From Octopus vulgaris (taxonomy: Eukaryota): 64,000 nucleotides of DNA. The notes beneath the pieces are model-generated. The model was not told the DNA's origin, did not search any database, and saw nothing but the letters and a program-made list of their open reading frames with translations. Of the stretch, positions 12,801-25,815 are shown piece after piece (the stretch's first letter is position 1; every line of letters begins with the position of its first letter). A program made the position numbers and the translations under genes. Location: positions 16,120,001 to 16,184,000 of the forward strand of contig OX597842.1 of assembly GCA_951406725.2 (NCBI GenBank), read 5' to 3'.

Positions 12801-13439
12801 TTCTTCAATTGAAACCACTAACCCCTATACACCCCCTACACCACTGACATCTCTAAATCCAGAACTACTTACCTCCCTTACAAATAATACAGAACTACTT
12901 ACCTCTCTTACAAATAATCTTTTTTCTCAGGAACTATTAGACCTGACACCGTGTATTAGCCGGTGTTTTTCAAGCGATGAATAGCTTTGCGTAAACCATA
13001 GTTCGCTTTGTTCTCTTACTTTATTATCATCTTATAATCATCTCATAATAATGACTTTTATGAATCTTATCACTACCTCAGTCAATCTAAATGTATATAT
13101 TTGTCGTTACCTGTCATAAAAAACCTTTTTTATTTGCAATGTGCATTTTCGTTGATTTTTCATATTTTACCCTTACTCACGTGTATTTTATATTTTCTTT
13201 TTGTAACATATTTCTACTATATATATATATATAGAGAGAGAGAGAGATGAGTGTATTTTTAACTTGTTAACAATTAACACGGGATAAATGAATAGTTACC
13301 AGGGTAGCAAAAATCTCACAAGTAAAGTGGTTATAACTCCTTGTTTATAAAGGTAGAAACTTCATGTTTACGTGCAATTGTTTGTATAATATATGAATAA
13401 ATAAATGGAGTTTAACGCAGGTATAAATCAAATATTTTT

Positions 13440-13525
13440 ACTTTCGACACATGTTTCGAAAATTCCACTGATAACATTGAAAAGGATAAACGGTATAACT
13501 AATGCAATTTTTTCTTCAGGAAAGT
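13440..13525 (-). ncRNA. Minimal type I hammerhead ribozyme motif in a pLTR
   Basis: actttc-CTGAAGA-aaaaattgca...tggaattttc-GAAAC-atgt-GTC-gaaagt: stem I, conserved core, stem II, palindromic stem III and a GUC site. The G10.1 position is A. Confidence 0.7.
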
Positions 13526-15171
13526 GAAAAAACGAAACTCGTCAACACGAAATTTTAGCAAAAAATGATGCATTCGTATAGCAATGAACTGAATGCTATT
13601 AATATTATTTTTAAAAAACGTTATATGATATAACGTCAGAAGTTGCTTACAGAAAGAGCAGGGATATTAATAGTGAAGCTTAAATATAAAGGAAATTAAA
13701 GTTTAAATTATATATAATGATAGAGACTACTTATATGCACTAAAGCTGCCAATGTTTACATCTGTATGCTCGCTCTATAACCGTGTTTACTTGGGGATTT
13801 TTAGAAAAAATAACGAAAATAGCTCAGAATTACAGAGAAGACAGAATTCCTTGCCTTTGTCATAAGGTATCGAGATTGAGAGAATCAACCATTCTAAATG
13901 AAATTGTTCATTGTGGTCTTTTAGATCCCAAATTTGTTTGTCGAGACCGGCACTATTACGTTTATTTCTATTTCTAAATGTTGAGTAATGGATAGAAATT
14001 TTTTTTAGATAACTCTAATGATGTACTTCCAATGTAAAATCGTATTTAATTACGAGTACTGATTATACACTGCTATATAGAATTTTTAATCTTAAAGTTA
14101 CTTGACATAAACATAATTCTATTGGAATTGACTTCGGATACAATAACCTTGTTATTAATATTCCTAGAGGGTTGGATAATATTAGCTAAATTAATGTTAA
14201 TATTAGTAAATGTATTAATATTGAACAGTTTGTTATGTGAAGAGATAATTTGTAAGAGATTTTTTGTGTTGGAAAACCGATCCTAACCGTGTGTGAATTG
14301 ATAATAGAGTAATACCTAGAATTTTTTGGAAAATTCCTAACAATAGCTTGACGAAACCGCAGTGGGAGACTAGATTTAATTTGTCTCCCGTACGGAATTA
14401 TTAACCAAATATTTTTACTAGTATTTATAGCGTAATTGTTTTTGAAAGTGTTATATTTACTTTTAGAACGATACTAGGGGATTAAATATCACCCTTCATT
14501 CGCTTTGTAGCGGTACATAAGTTATGATTGTTATCAATAATTCTTTTACGACTAGAAATCTTATCTACATTATTGAATTTACAATTTGACTGAGTAGAAT
14601 CAATGTAGAAAATTTTCTCTGTATAACCTGCTTTAATTAAGGCAGAGTTATAGAATTCAGCATTATCATTGAAAATATAAACATTAGCAGATAATTTAGA
14701 TAATCTAAATGAAATATTCTTAACTAAATTCTTAGTAATTGCTCTAGGATGATTACTAAATTTGCTAATGTACTTAAGATTGGTCAACGGTTTACGAGTC
14801 ACTGTGTAAATTAAGTGTAATATCCAAAAAGTTGGCGTTCGTCATATCGTCATCAAAAACGATTTTAAGCCCATTCTACTGACAAATTTAACTAAACTAT
14901 TCTTAACTTTTTGTGCCGTTTGGTTGGAAACATTTTGGAGGTAAAGCAAACACACCTTTAGTGCATATAAGTAGTCTCTATCGTTATATATAATTTAAAC
15001 TTTAATTTCCTTTATATTTAACCTTCACTAATATCCCTGCTCTTTCTGTAAGCAACTTCTGACGTTATATCATACAACGTTTTTTTAAATACTATTAATA
15101 GCGATTAGTTAATTGCTATACAAATCCATAATTATTTGCTAAAATGTCGTATTGACGAATTTCGTTTTTTC

Positions 15172-15257
15172 ACTTTCCTGAATAGAAAATTGCATTGTTT
15201 GTAATGTGTATCCTTTTGAATGTTATCGGTGGAATTTTCGAAACATGTGTCGAAAGT
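15172..15257 (+). ncRNA. Second hammerhead motif copy, core mutated
   Basis: actttc-CTGAATA-gaaaattgca...tggaattttc-GAAAC-atgt-GTC-gaaagt. G8 is changed to T; the G10.1-C11.1 pair is intact. Confidence 0.65.
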
Positions 15258-15302
15258 AAAAATATTTGATTTACACTGCGTTAAACTCCATTTATTTATT
15301 TA

Positions 15303-15380
<78 letters not shown>

Positions 15381-15626
15381 CATAAACTCATGAACTCATG
15401 TATACAGTAAATATTACCCGTTAATTTCCATACACCCATAAATCCCAATTCTCAGGAATTGGCCCTCATATTCCAAGATCTTCATACAAAAGAGCACACA
15501 CTTTGGATAGAGGTAGATAGTGAAGGTAAAGACGTGTGAAGGAGCATAAAATGAAGTATGGGAAGACTTAAACATTTAGAAATATAACGTCCATGAAATA
15601 CTATAAACAAGAATGTTTCAACTTAC

Positions 15627-15698
15627 AGTGTACTTAAACTCAAAAGATTTTGGAATGTTTCTGCCTTGACTTCCTTGATATCATTACCATCCAAATCT
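15627..15698 (-). CDS. 72-bp LRR exon, intact
   Basis: ttacag|A GAT TTG GAT GGT AAT...ACA CT|gtaagt encodes (L)DLDGNDIKEVKAETFQNLLSLST(L). Phase 2-2. Confidence 0.88.
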
Positions 15699-16734
15699 CT
15701 GTAAAATAAATATTTAGCTCAGAAGAACTTGTGTGGAAGACACATGTGTAACAGAATAGCTAATCAATTATGACTAAACAATTAAAAGAAAACATGGAAT
15801 ATAAATCACGATGATGATAAACTTGATGATGAAGATGATGAGGATGATGATAATGATGATGAGGATGAGGATGAAGTTGACTATGATGTTGAGTGTGATG
15901 ACGATCGTGATGATGATGACGATGATGATAATTGTGGTGGTGGTGCTGGTGGTTGCGGTAATGGTGAATATGTTGACGAGGCAGAGGAGAAGAAAATATG
16001 GTGGTGGTGCTGATGACGAAGAAGTTATTATGCTGATGATTGAGGTGATGTTGTTAATGTCGATTTTTCTGATAATGATGGGGGTTAGTATGTCTATGAT
16101 GGTGCCGAGTATAATATGGATGATGATAATGTTGTTGGTTGGGATGTTACTGTTAGCGATGACGATGTTTGTGTTGAAGATTCTGCATCTGATCGCGGTG
16201 TTTTATGATAATTAATGATTTTGATGATGAAACGGACGGTGAGAAAATTGACGATGATAATTAGAAGGAAAAGGACAGAAGAAAAAGAAGAAGAAGAAGA
16301 AGAAGAAGAAGAAGAAGAAGAAGAAGAAGAAGAAGAAGAAGAAGAAGAACAACAACAACATGGAAAAAATAAGAAGTAAATATGATGTTTAAAAATTAGC
16401 GTATGAATAATCTAGTTCTGAATAAGCAGCTACAACGCTTATACAAGGATGTTATTTAGCGTCCATCTAGAAATAAAGTTCGTACGTGTCAATATTCTCG
16501 CATAGCAAGAGATATACATATGCATGCAGTCAGTGTTTTCCCTGATGTATCATGCTCTCATATATCCCATATCACAGAAATGGGTCCACAATCACAATCA
16601 CGGACATTCATAAACAATGAAATACATCTTTGGAAAGACGGAATTGGGAGCTTAAATGGAAGGATGAGAAGATGTTGCATATTTAGGAATATACCGTCAA
16701 TGAAATACTAGAAAAGAACATTGATTCTACTTAC

Positions 16735-16806
16735 AGATATGATAACCTGGAAAGATTACTGAAGGTTCCTACTTTGATTTCCTGGAGTTTATTATTCCAC
16801 AAAACC
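16735..16806 (-). CDS. 72-bp LRR exon, intact
   Basis: ttccag|G GTT TTG TGG AAT AAT...TAT CT|gtaagt encodes (L)VLWNNKLQEIKVGTFSNLSRLSY(L), one typical 24-aa LRR. Phase 2-2, in frame with the LRRNT exon. Confidence 0.88.
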
Positions 16807-17439
16807 CTGGAACATAAAATTGAGGAAAGAAGAAATTTTATGTAAAAGATTTGACAAAATTTATAATATTATGGCTTATCAATTTGATAAGGGTAGAGAG
16901 GGAAAGGAAATTACGATCATGATGAACTTGATGATGATGATGATGATGGTAATAATGTTGCGGAGAAGTGATTAATATGATGATTAGGTAGAAGTGAAGA
17001 AAATATGGCGTTAGTTTTGATGACGAAGATGTTATGTTGTTGAATGTTGATTACTCTTTTAATGATGGTGATTAGCATGTTTATAGTGATAAGGAGTATG
17101 GCATTGATGCTGATGATGTTGGTGGTGATATTTCTCTTGGTGTTGATGACGATGATGTTGAAGATTTTGCATCTGATCGCCATGTTTCATGGTAATGAAT
17201 GATGTTGATAATGAAGAAAACGATGAAGAACTTGATGATGTTGAAGATTGAGGAAGATAAAAATGAAGACAACAATGATGACAGTGATGACAAGAAGGAC
17301 GAAGACGTCAATAATGAGAGTGGTGGGATTGGGGGTGATAAAAATTTTAGAGATATTAAGTGAATGGGGAAACTTGTAAATTATGAAGAAAGCATGTAAA
17401 ACAGAAAGTGAAAAGCACAGCAAACGGAAAGAAGGTAAC

Positions 17440-17950
17440 GAGAGAAGAGGAAGGAGAAGAAGAACAAGAACATGAAGAACAAGAGGAAGGAGAGGAAGAA
17501 TAAGATAAAGAAGAAGAGGAAGAAGAAGGAGAGAAAGAAGAAGAAGAAGAAGAAGAAGAGAGAAAGAAGGAGAAGAGAAAGAAGGAGAAGTGGAAGAAGA
17601 AAAAGAAGAAGGGGAAGAAGAAGAAGAGGAAGGAAAATAGGAAGAAAGAGAGGAAGTAGGAGGAGAAGAAGAAGAAGAGGAAGTAGAAGAGGAAGGATAA
17701 GAGGAAGAAAGAGAGGAGGTAGAATGAGAAGAAGAAGAAGAAGAAGAAGAAGTGGAGGAGGAGGAGGAGGAAGAAGAAGAAGAAGAAGAAGGGGAAGAAC
17801 AGCAACAACAAAAGAAGAGGAAGGAGAAAAAGAATGGGAAGAAGAGGAAGTGGAAGAAGACGAAGTAGAAGAAGAAGAATGAGAGGAAGTAGAAGGAGAA
17901 GAATAAGAGGAAGAAGAAGAAAAAGAAGAGGGAGAAGAGGAAGGAGAAAA
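17440..17950. repeat. ~500-bp polypurine (GAA/GGA) tract
   Basis: Directly visible. Confidence 0.95.
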
Positions 17951-18050
17951 TAACAAAAGAATGTGTTTAAAAATTAGAGAATGAATTATGTAGTTCTAAA
18001 TATACTTGCATTAGGGAAAGTCTGGAATGTCAATCAGTTTTGATCTAGAG

Positions 18051-19700
18051 CAGTGTCCCTTAACCTTTATACTACCAGGAATTAGTCCTTCTTTCCACGA
18101 ACCCCCTGCATCTATGATTAAAAGTCCCTCCCAGATTTTAAATAAAATATAAACTATGTTTTTAGTGATTTTCTTTAATACGATTAGTATTAGTATTCTT
18201 GAATGCTTGGTTGAATACCAGGGAATTCACAACGAAAGTTTCTTTCGACGTTCAGCCTGTTTCTGTACTTGGCCTTGACTGCAACGAGCCTGGAAAATGC
18301 AGCCTCACATAGCCTCGTGGATCTACACATAGCTAAAATCCGAAGAATCTGATGTGAGATTAGAGGCTAAGTAAGAAGGTACTTGATCCATAACGTTTTA
18401 AGATCCCCCTTAGCTCAGGGGTTGAACTTCAGCTCAAGAAAGTGCTCTTGCACTTCATGCAAATCATCAGTCAATTCACACTGAAATAAGTTCCTGATGA
18501 ATATCCAAGCTTCACCCTTTTCATCTACATCTGAGAAGCATTTGATGAATTCAATTTTCAAGTTAGATGAGTGATTATTTGTTTCTTTAACTCAGAATCA
18601 AAGTTACCCTGGATGAGAGCAAAATCCAAGTAACTAAAACTGGCTGTATTTCCTCGCTGAATTCGATATTTTCAGAGATCGAGTTTCATCATGAAGGTTC
18701 GAATGATGTCATGGTGCGTGAGAATGTTGAAGTTTTACCGTTGTAGTTTAAAGTCGGGAGCATTCTCTAGCATACCTGTCCGCCAGGTATGCTAGAGATA
18801 GCTGAAAGCCTTCAGACTAGAAATTGTCATGGAGATCTGCCTTCGGTTGCAAATCTAGAAGTATCACTACTTCTCGTCGTTCATTAAGCTGTCCAAGCAT
18901 GTTCCCTTTTTGATCGCCGTCGCACATGCGTGTGAAAAAGCGATGCTTCCTTTCAGAATCCATATCTTTACACAGCAGTTTAAAAAGACGACTGTTTAGG
19001 CTCCACCTTTAACAAAGTTGACAACCTTGATAGCCACGTTCAGGAGTTTTCTAATTTCAGTAGGGAAGGTTTTGGATAGTAAGGCTTCACGATGAAGTAT
19101 GCAGTGTGTACTACAACAGATGAAGTTTTTTCCTTCACTCTAGCAATGAATCCAGACTGCAGACCAAGCATGACCGGAGCTCCATCAGTACACACTTTTA
19201 CCTGGTCGAGAATTTGATCTTTGATGTTTTCAGACAAGTCGTCTATCCTTCACTTGACTATCATTTGATAGTGAAATCGGGGAAAGCTTATATGCACTAT
19301 CTTTCCCCTGAACGAGTTCTGCTGCAGGTAGTAGACTTGGTTTTAGGACAGACTCTCCGATATCATGGCTCTTCTTGCTCTTTGCAATCAACATGGCGAT
19401 CTCATAGGAAGTCTCGACAATTATTGAAATTTGTTGCCCAAATACCCCACTAATGTCAAACAAAGCTTGCTTCAAGAAACTTCTTTTTGTTTCAGAGAAT
19501 GTCTTGAGCTTGTCTGCAAGAGCAGGATGTGTTGTCCTCATGTGGCATTCCAAGCCTGAGGGCCGCATTCCATCATTGATCAAAGGTTTGTAACATACCA
19601 CACACTGGGGGACTTCTGCGACAGCCGTTTGGAGGGACACGAATCGAAATCGAAATATATTCGTCAAGATACTTCGATTACTCTGCACTCATTGCGAATT
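18051..19700 (-). mobile_element. hAT (Buster/Charlie-type) transposase relic
   Basis: BED finger PQCVVCYKPLINDGMRPSGLECHMRTTHP, LSNDS, CTDGAPVMLG and C-terminal LCEAAFSRLVAVKAKYRNRL. Terminus CAGTGTCCCTTAACC follows an ATCTAGAG target. The other terminus was not found. Confidence 0.88.
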
Positions 19701-20659
19701 ATTTCATGTGCAGTGGACAACAGAAATATGTGAACAAAAGGTAAGACACGCGTAAGGTTATCTCAAGGACCAAGATGGAACATTTTGAGTAAAAAGTTCT
19801 GAAATTTTATTTTAATGTTTGGAGTAAAAGAACAGTTATACGAAACATTTGTACAATAAAATGTTGTAGTTTTTGTACGAAAATATAAAAAAAATGTTTC
19901 TTGAGAAAAGAAAACATTTTGCATAGGTTTTAGTTTTACCTAGTACTTTCTGTAATATTTAAGTTTGATTTTAGTTTAACATTTGGCTTTATATTATAAT
20001 TATTTTCTTACCAACGTGTTTACTATATCTTTCACATAAGCATTTAATAATAAAAATTTTGGTTTTATTGCCAATATTTTTTTCTAATGTGTGTTTTAAT
20101 TGTTTTGAGACTTTATTAAATTGAGAAATAGTAGAATCTATTATTTTTGTTTTTATTTCCTATTTTTGAATATATAATACTTTTGATCTTCCTAATATTT
20201 TAAAATAGTTTTCAGTTTTTTAAATTAAGTCAATATTTCTTAGTATGTTACTATAATGATTTGATAATGTTTCAGCATGTCTCTTGATATTAAGAATCAC
20301 ATTATTTCATATATATGAAAACTGTGGATCAAACTTCTTTATAATCTATTAACTGGAAAAGATGTTAATAGTATCTATGCCTTGTAGCAGGGGTTCTTAA
20401 CCTGAGTCTTCTTGTAACAAAACAAAAAATAAAAGGCAAATGTTAAAATGTAAAAATATAGGCAAATGTTAAAGCTACAATTCAGAAATAAGTGAGAGTT
20501 TTGAAGGATATGAAGAGGGGTCAACAATTACAGAAATGGTGAGTGGCACTAAGATAGTAGAATAAGAAAACTAAGTGTATTAGGCGATAATTTTTCATTT
20601 TTTCCATAAACTTGTCATTATTTGACCATGATCTCGTTAAGAAAATAACACATATAATT

Positions 20660-23118
20660 AGAGTTAGTTAAATCCTTAAAAGTGACCTTAAGGGTAAGCA
20701 GTGCAACTGATATGCTGTCTGCGAGATTGGCCATTGACGAGCACTTCAGGGATAAGCACGAAGGGTGCATTATCAGTGCTTTGAGATAGGGGGATCTAAC
20801 GCTGCTCAACAGGCCCGGGTGATAGAGGCACAACGTGACAAGAAAGCTACCATTCAATCCCTGATTGACCAAAGTAGGTGTTTGGGATGAGTGCTTGGCC
20901 AAAACGTAGGTTGAATTTCTCCGATTTCCTACCGCGACTCCTGGGAAGCGAAACTGCGATGGGCTGTAGTGACGTTCGAATTTCCTCCGCCGTGATTTCA
21001 TTTGCCGACACTTTTACATCTTTCCTCTTGTTCGCATTGAGGGAGAGGGTGTTTCTTTCTCTAGGGCGTGAGGCAATGTTTAGAAGAATAAAAAAAGAAC
21101 GGTGTGAAAGTCGTCGGTTGTGGATAGTATTTTGTATGAAAGTTATTATAGTATGCATGCCAGACCTGTTTGAATGCATTTTGGCAGATAACTACGGCAA
21201 CTGGTAACAGAATGGGAAAATTCCTAACTCTGTGAGCCTAGGTTTGTGGTACTGCTAAAAAAAGACCCAAACAAGGAGGTTATAATTAATAACTTTAGGC
21301 CCGTCACTCTGCTAAATGCAGATTTTAAGATTTTGAGTTACGTTTTAGTGAAGTTTAGCGTTTGTCGTCGAGTAACTGTTTGGGGATGCGCAAACCTACG
21401 CCATCCCAAACAGGATTGTCGACGACAAACTCCCCCCGTACGCTACACTATAACAGGACGGTAAAGGAACCTGGCATGGGAGGTGTACTGATCAATTTAA
21501 ATTAACAAAATTCCCTAGATATGGCAGTTATCGGTATTTGGCGGCAATTCTCATGGCTATCGGCTTGGGTCCAGTATTTTCGGGCTAGATCACGGCAATT
21601 TTCTGTGACATTCGGTCAGTGGTTCGGGTGAACGGTCTCCTATAATGCGCTCGGTCCACCAAGGATGCTCACTCTTCTCTCTACTTTATGTATTGAGTCT
21701 GGAACCATTACTGCAGAAACTGGAGGCCTTGAAGTGCATGCCGTATGAACTAGGTTGCAGGAGATCTGTCTCGTCATATGCGGATGATGTCACAATCATA
21801 GTTGTGAACGATAACCACTTGCACCTTTTTGTTTATGTCGGAAAAGAATAGGTGGTGATAGGAACAAAAGTAAACCCAGAATTGTCAGTCGGCCAGCAAA
21901 CTTGGCACCTGGAGAGGCAGATTGATGACGTCTAGCAACGTCGTCTGACGATTGACGAACGGTTCAGTGAAATTGCTCGGCGTCTGATTCGGTCCGAACG
22001 TCCAGGTAGAGAAGAACTGGGACGAGGTAGCGGACAGGGTAGCCAATAACACCCAGAAATGGGCTGAAAAAAAGCACTCCCTGAAAGGACGGGCAGAAGT
22101 ATCGAATATATACATCGCATCCGTCATCTTCTCCCTCCTGGCCGTCGTTCCTTGCCTTAATTCGTGCCTGAACAAACTGGAACAGTTATTTTTGCGCTTA
22201 CTGTGGAAAGAACACTGCCCGCAGGCCAGGCGCTCTATCTACTGCCAACAGTCACTGAATGGAGGGCTGGGAATGCCGTGGATAAAGATGCGCAGACATA
22301 TGCTGAGGCTGCGACATCTCCAGCTTTACCATGACGATGAGTAGATGTAGTCACCCTTTCTCAGACTCGCTTTCCCACAGGTCGTCTGTTTCGACGAGCA
22401 GAACCCATGGATCAGTGGAGGTTCCACCTTGGCTTTCTATGGACATTTAGTAGCTAATATGTGCGATGTTATTCTCAGGGAGACTGCGTCGACGATAATG
22501 ACTCGTTAGTCTGTTCCGGATGATTTTCGGGCCAGGCTCCATGGATAACAACCATAAATTCCTGGCCTGATGGTGCTACCGGAGGGCACTACCTGTTGAT
22601 ATAAACTATACAGGCACAAAAGGCGGACCAGCCCATGATGCAAACCAAGTGTTGAGACTTTTCAACACGCGCTCGTCCAGTGCCAAAAATTATCTGAATT
22701 GTGGTTTATGTTGAATACCTGCCGTCGCATTTTGGACGATCACAGATGTCAACTGAGTCCATTATAAATATTGCTCCACCGTTTTCCTTTAACCGGGAAA
22801 GGCGGGCGGTTTTTCTCTGTCTAGTGGATATCGCACTGGAAGGATGGGTAAACATTGCATGAATAAATGGGCCTGACTCGAGCATATATATCTAGGCATT
22901 TTGTCCTAATTTTGAGGTTGTTTCGTGACTTGTGGGGTTTCCACGACCAACTCAGGAAACCTCCCCCTTTTGGGGAATTACTGTTGCTGAATATTTCTAC
23001 ATAATCTTTTAAAATCTTTTACTATTGTTAATTTTTTCGTACACGACTTTCATGTATGTCCCCACCCGTATGTCATCTACTGTTCCTCTATGTTGAGCTC
23101 TCAATGGCTGAAAAAAAA
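20660..23118 (+). mobile_element. L1/Tx1 LINE, 5'-truncated degenerate ORF2 plus 3' UTR
   Basis: NFRPVTLLNADFKIL, SVHQGCSLFSLLYVLSLEPLL, SYADDVT, GGLGMP, a C-terminal HALVQC, and an A-rich tail at ~23110. Confidence 0.88.
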
Positions 23119-23119
23119 C

Positions 23120-25350
23120 GTATTTCTTGCTGAACAGACTTGCTTATTTGCGCTCGGGAGGTTTTAATTTTCACTTTCACCAACTTTGTGAATATTTTGG
23201 ACCTTTTAAGTCTTTAAAACTGAACCTACTTGACAAGGGAAGTTTCTTTGACCGTACAAATTCGCCGTTTTGGGGGTGAATCTCAATCTGGAATTCAATC
23301 GTGTATTGGTTTAACTTTAAAACACAAACGACCTCCACCCACCAAATTTGGCAGTACGAAAGAATGTTTCCCTCTCTTCCTTGTCACAAACAAGAAGAAA
23401 TTAAAATTTTGCAAATGAAAACACGAGCAACACCACATAGACAAGTTTTCAATGCCACCGCTACCACAACCAGTAACAGAATTGAACCAAGCGAAGAAAA
23501 TAAGCAAAATAAATGCAACAGTCGCAGTTTCGCCGCTGTCGTGAAAGTCAATCAAGAGACAATATAAACGTTGGCAATTTACAGAAATATAAATGATTAA
23601 TACAAAGAAACGGTAGAAATGTCTTATTAACACCACCACCTTTTTGATATTATACAAAAACAGTTCGCAAACCTTAGTCCTACAAGACTCTAACGATGAA
23701 AATAACTGAACAGGCTACAAAGGAAAAAGCTGGAAAATGTTTGCAACCAGTCTAGAAGATCGCATACGTGGCAAGGGGAAGAACATATGACCCTGTCGAA
23801 GTGAGGTCCACCACGGAAGACGAAGCAAGGTAATACCCCACAGTACCTCTAAAGACGGAGGAACAAGTGCTCTTACCGACTTACCTTGGTTGGTGATCTT
23901 GCAATATAAAAATTGGTTAATTACCCCCAGAATTCGACATTTTTGGTTAGTGGCGTCCGTCCTAATTGACAATGAAGTTAAAGTTGAGACTATTCAAATA
24001 CACAAGTTACACTATCATAATTGGTGGGGTCAAGGATCTTAGCTGTTAATTCAAGTAGACTATCAAACGCTCGGAATAATACCAGATCTCATCCACTTAC
24101 CGGAAGGCGCAAAGCTGCATTTATCGGCGGAGGGTCGTAAACCAATTTGCTATCTCTACGGCAGAGGGACCACCCCAGAACCTTTTGCCCGGAGGGAACA
24201 GATGAGAAACTTATCCTTCCACCAAAAGCATTATCACAGCATCACCAACAATAGCAGAGGTAAACTACAGTAGAAGCAACACCACCTCCACCTCCACCCA
24301 AAACAACAACGTCAACACAATGTATAGAAAATACAACAAAAATAATAGAAGAGAAAACAACAACGAAAAACAAACCAGAAAGAGCAACAGCAACATGACC
24401 AATGGGAAGAATAGCAAACACAGCAAAAGCAACAGGACTGGCTGTGGAAAACACAGCAGAAACCACAACAACGGAACAAAAGAAAAATCAACAACAAATA
24501 TATCTCAAAAATAAGCCCTAAAAGGAACACCAAGAGAGACCGACCCAAGAGAGTTATCCCTTCTTGAGTTTGATTTGGAAATATGGAAAAAGATAAAAAC
24601 GGACAGAGTGAAAGAAGTTCCACAAAGAAAGAAGACGAAAGATGGACACAACCACAGCACCTCTTCACAACAGAGACACTATCACACAACCTCTACCCAT
24701 AACACCCACATTACCAACACCACCAATACCACTTCCAGCATCACACACAGAACAGAAACCAACATTAGAAAGCATAATGAACTTTACTGAAATTAACACA
24801 AAAAATACACATACAAGAACACAGCGACATTACCGCAAGAAATGTTCTTTGTGCACCACCCAAAGAACCACTACACATAAAGATCCTCAGCGTTTCAAAT
24901 AACACGTTCATTGACATACAAGAAAGGTATCCCAATGCGGTGGGCAAATTTCAGAAAACTATAAGTAAAACTCTTCACATAAATCTGACCGTGAAAGAAG
25001 CCACAACCAGCCTGAGGAGTGAGAAAACCACTCACCCTCCCTTCAGTCAAAACAGTAAGTAGTTTTCGTTTTTTGGCGGGGTATAAATGCTGCAAGAAGA
25101 GCTCGAATGAATGGTTCTGACTTGAACATAATTTTTCTAAACAAAGACATAGATTTTTGCCCTACAGATCAGGCATCTCTCTGGCTTGTGTGGTTTCCAC
25201 GACCAGCCCAGGAAACTTACCCCTTTTAGGGAATTACTACTGTCAGCATTTTACTATTCTTAATGTTTTTCTACACACTTTTATGTATGACGCTAACCGT
25301 ATGTCCCGTATAATCTGTCTATGCTGAGCCCTGGTGGCTAATAAAGAAAA
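23120..25350 (+). mobile_element. ORF1-only (HAL1-like) non-LTR element, degenerate
   Basis: Broken ORF1-like reading (SFAAVVK, EGRKPICY knuckle remnant, T/K-rich tail) with no RT. The last ~170 bp match the 3' UTR of the neighbouring Tx1 element. Confidence 0.65.
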
Positions 25351-25735
25351 ATATTCCTGACCTACTCCACAGACGATTTGTTTATAGTAATCAAATGTTT
25401 GTGTACACATAAGCGTACTCCCTCCTTGAAATCGATATTACCTGTTCAGGTGCACCGTATGCCACATGTCAGATGACGAAATGATCGCAGAGCAATGTGA
25501 AATGAAGTGCTTTGCTCTTGAACACAACGCAACGCCCGGCCTGAGAATCGAAGCCCTAATCACTATGCCATGCACGTTCATACACACACACACATGTATA
25601 CTACGGGTTTCTTCCAGTTTCCGTCAACCAAATCCACTCATAGGGCTTTGATCACCCCATCAAAGACACTTTTCAATGTGCCACCCACGTATGTGGTTGG
25701 GAAGCAGAGTTCTTACCACTCAGCCACGCCAACGC

Positions 25736-25815
<80 letters not shown>

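Larger units (their letters stand above)
13391..15309 (-). mobile_element. Penelope-like element flanked by ~350-bp inverted repeats (pLTRs)
   Basis: 13391-13745 is the reverse complement of 14956-15309. The internal minus strand reads RKPLTNLKYISKFSNHPRAITKNLVKNISFRLSKLSAN...FYNSALIKAGY (PLE RT thumb) plus endonuclease remnants. Confidence 0.85.

Noticed and set aside
12965-13010. Possible hammerhead remnant (also 53150-53180)
   Set aside because: The CTGANGA core is absent and the motif is too degenerate.
15811-17956. Long ORFs rich in M, I, S, F, L or R
   Set aside because: They are translations of GAT and GAA low-complexity intron blocks.
20388-20410. CAGGGGTTCTTAACC as the second hAT terminus
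   Set aside because: It has the same orientation as the 18051 terminus, so it cannot pair with it. It is probably the start of a separate fragment.
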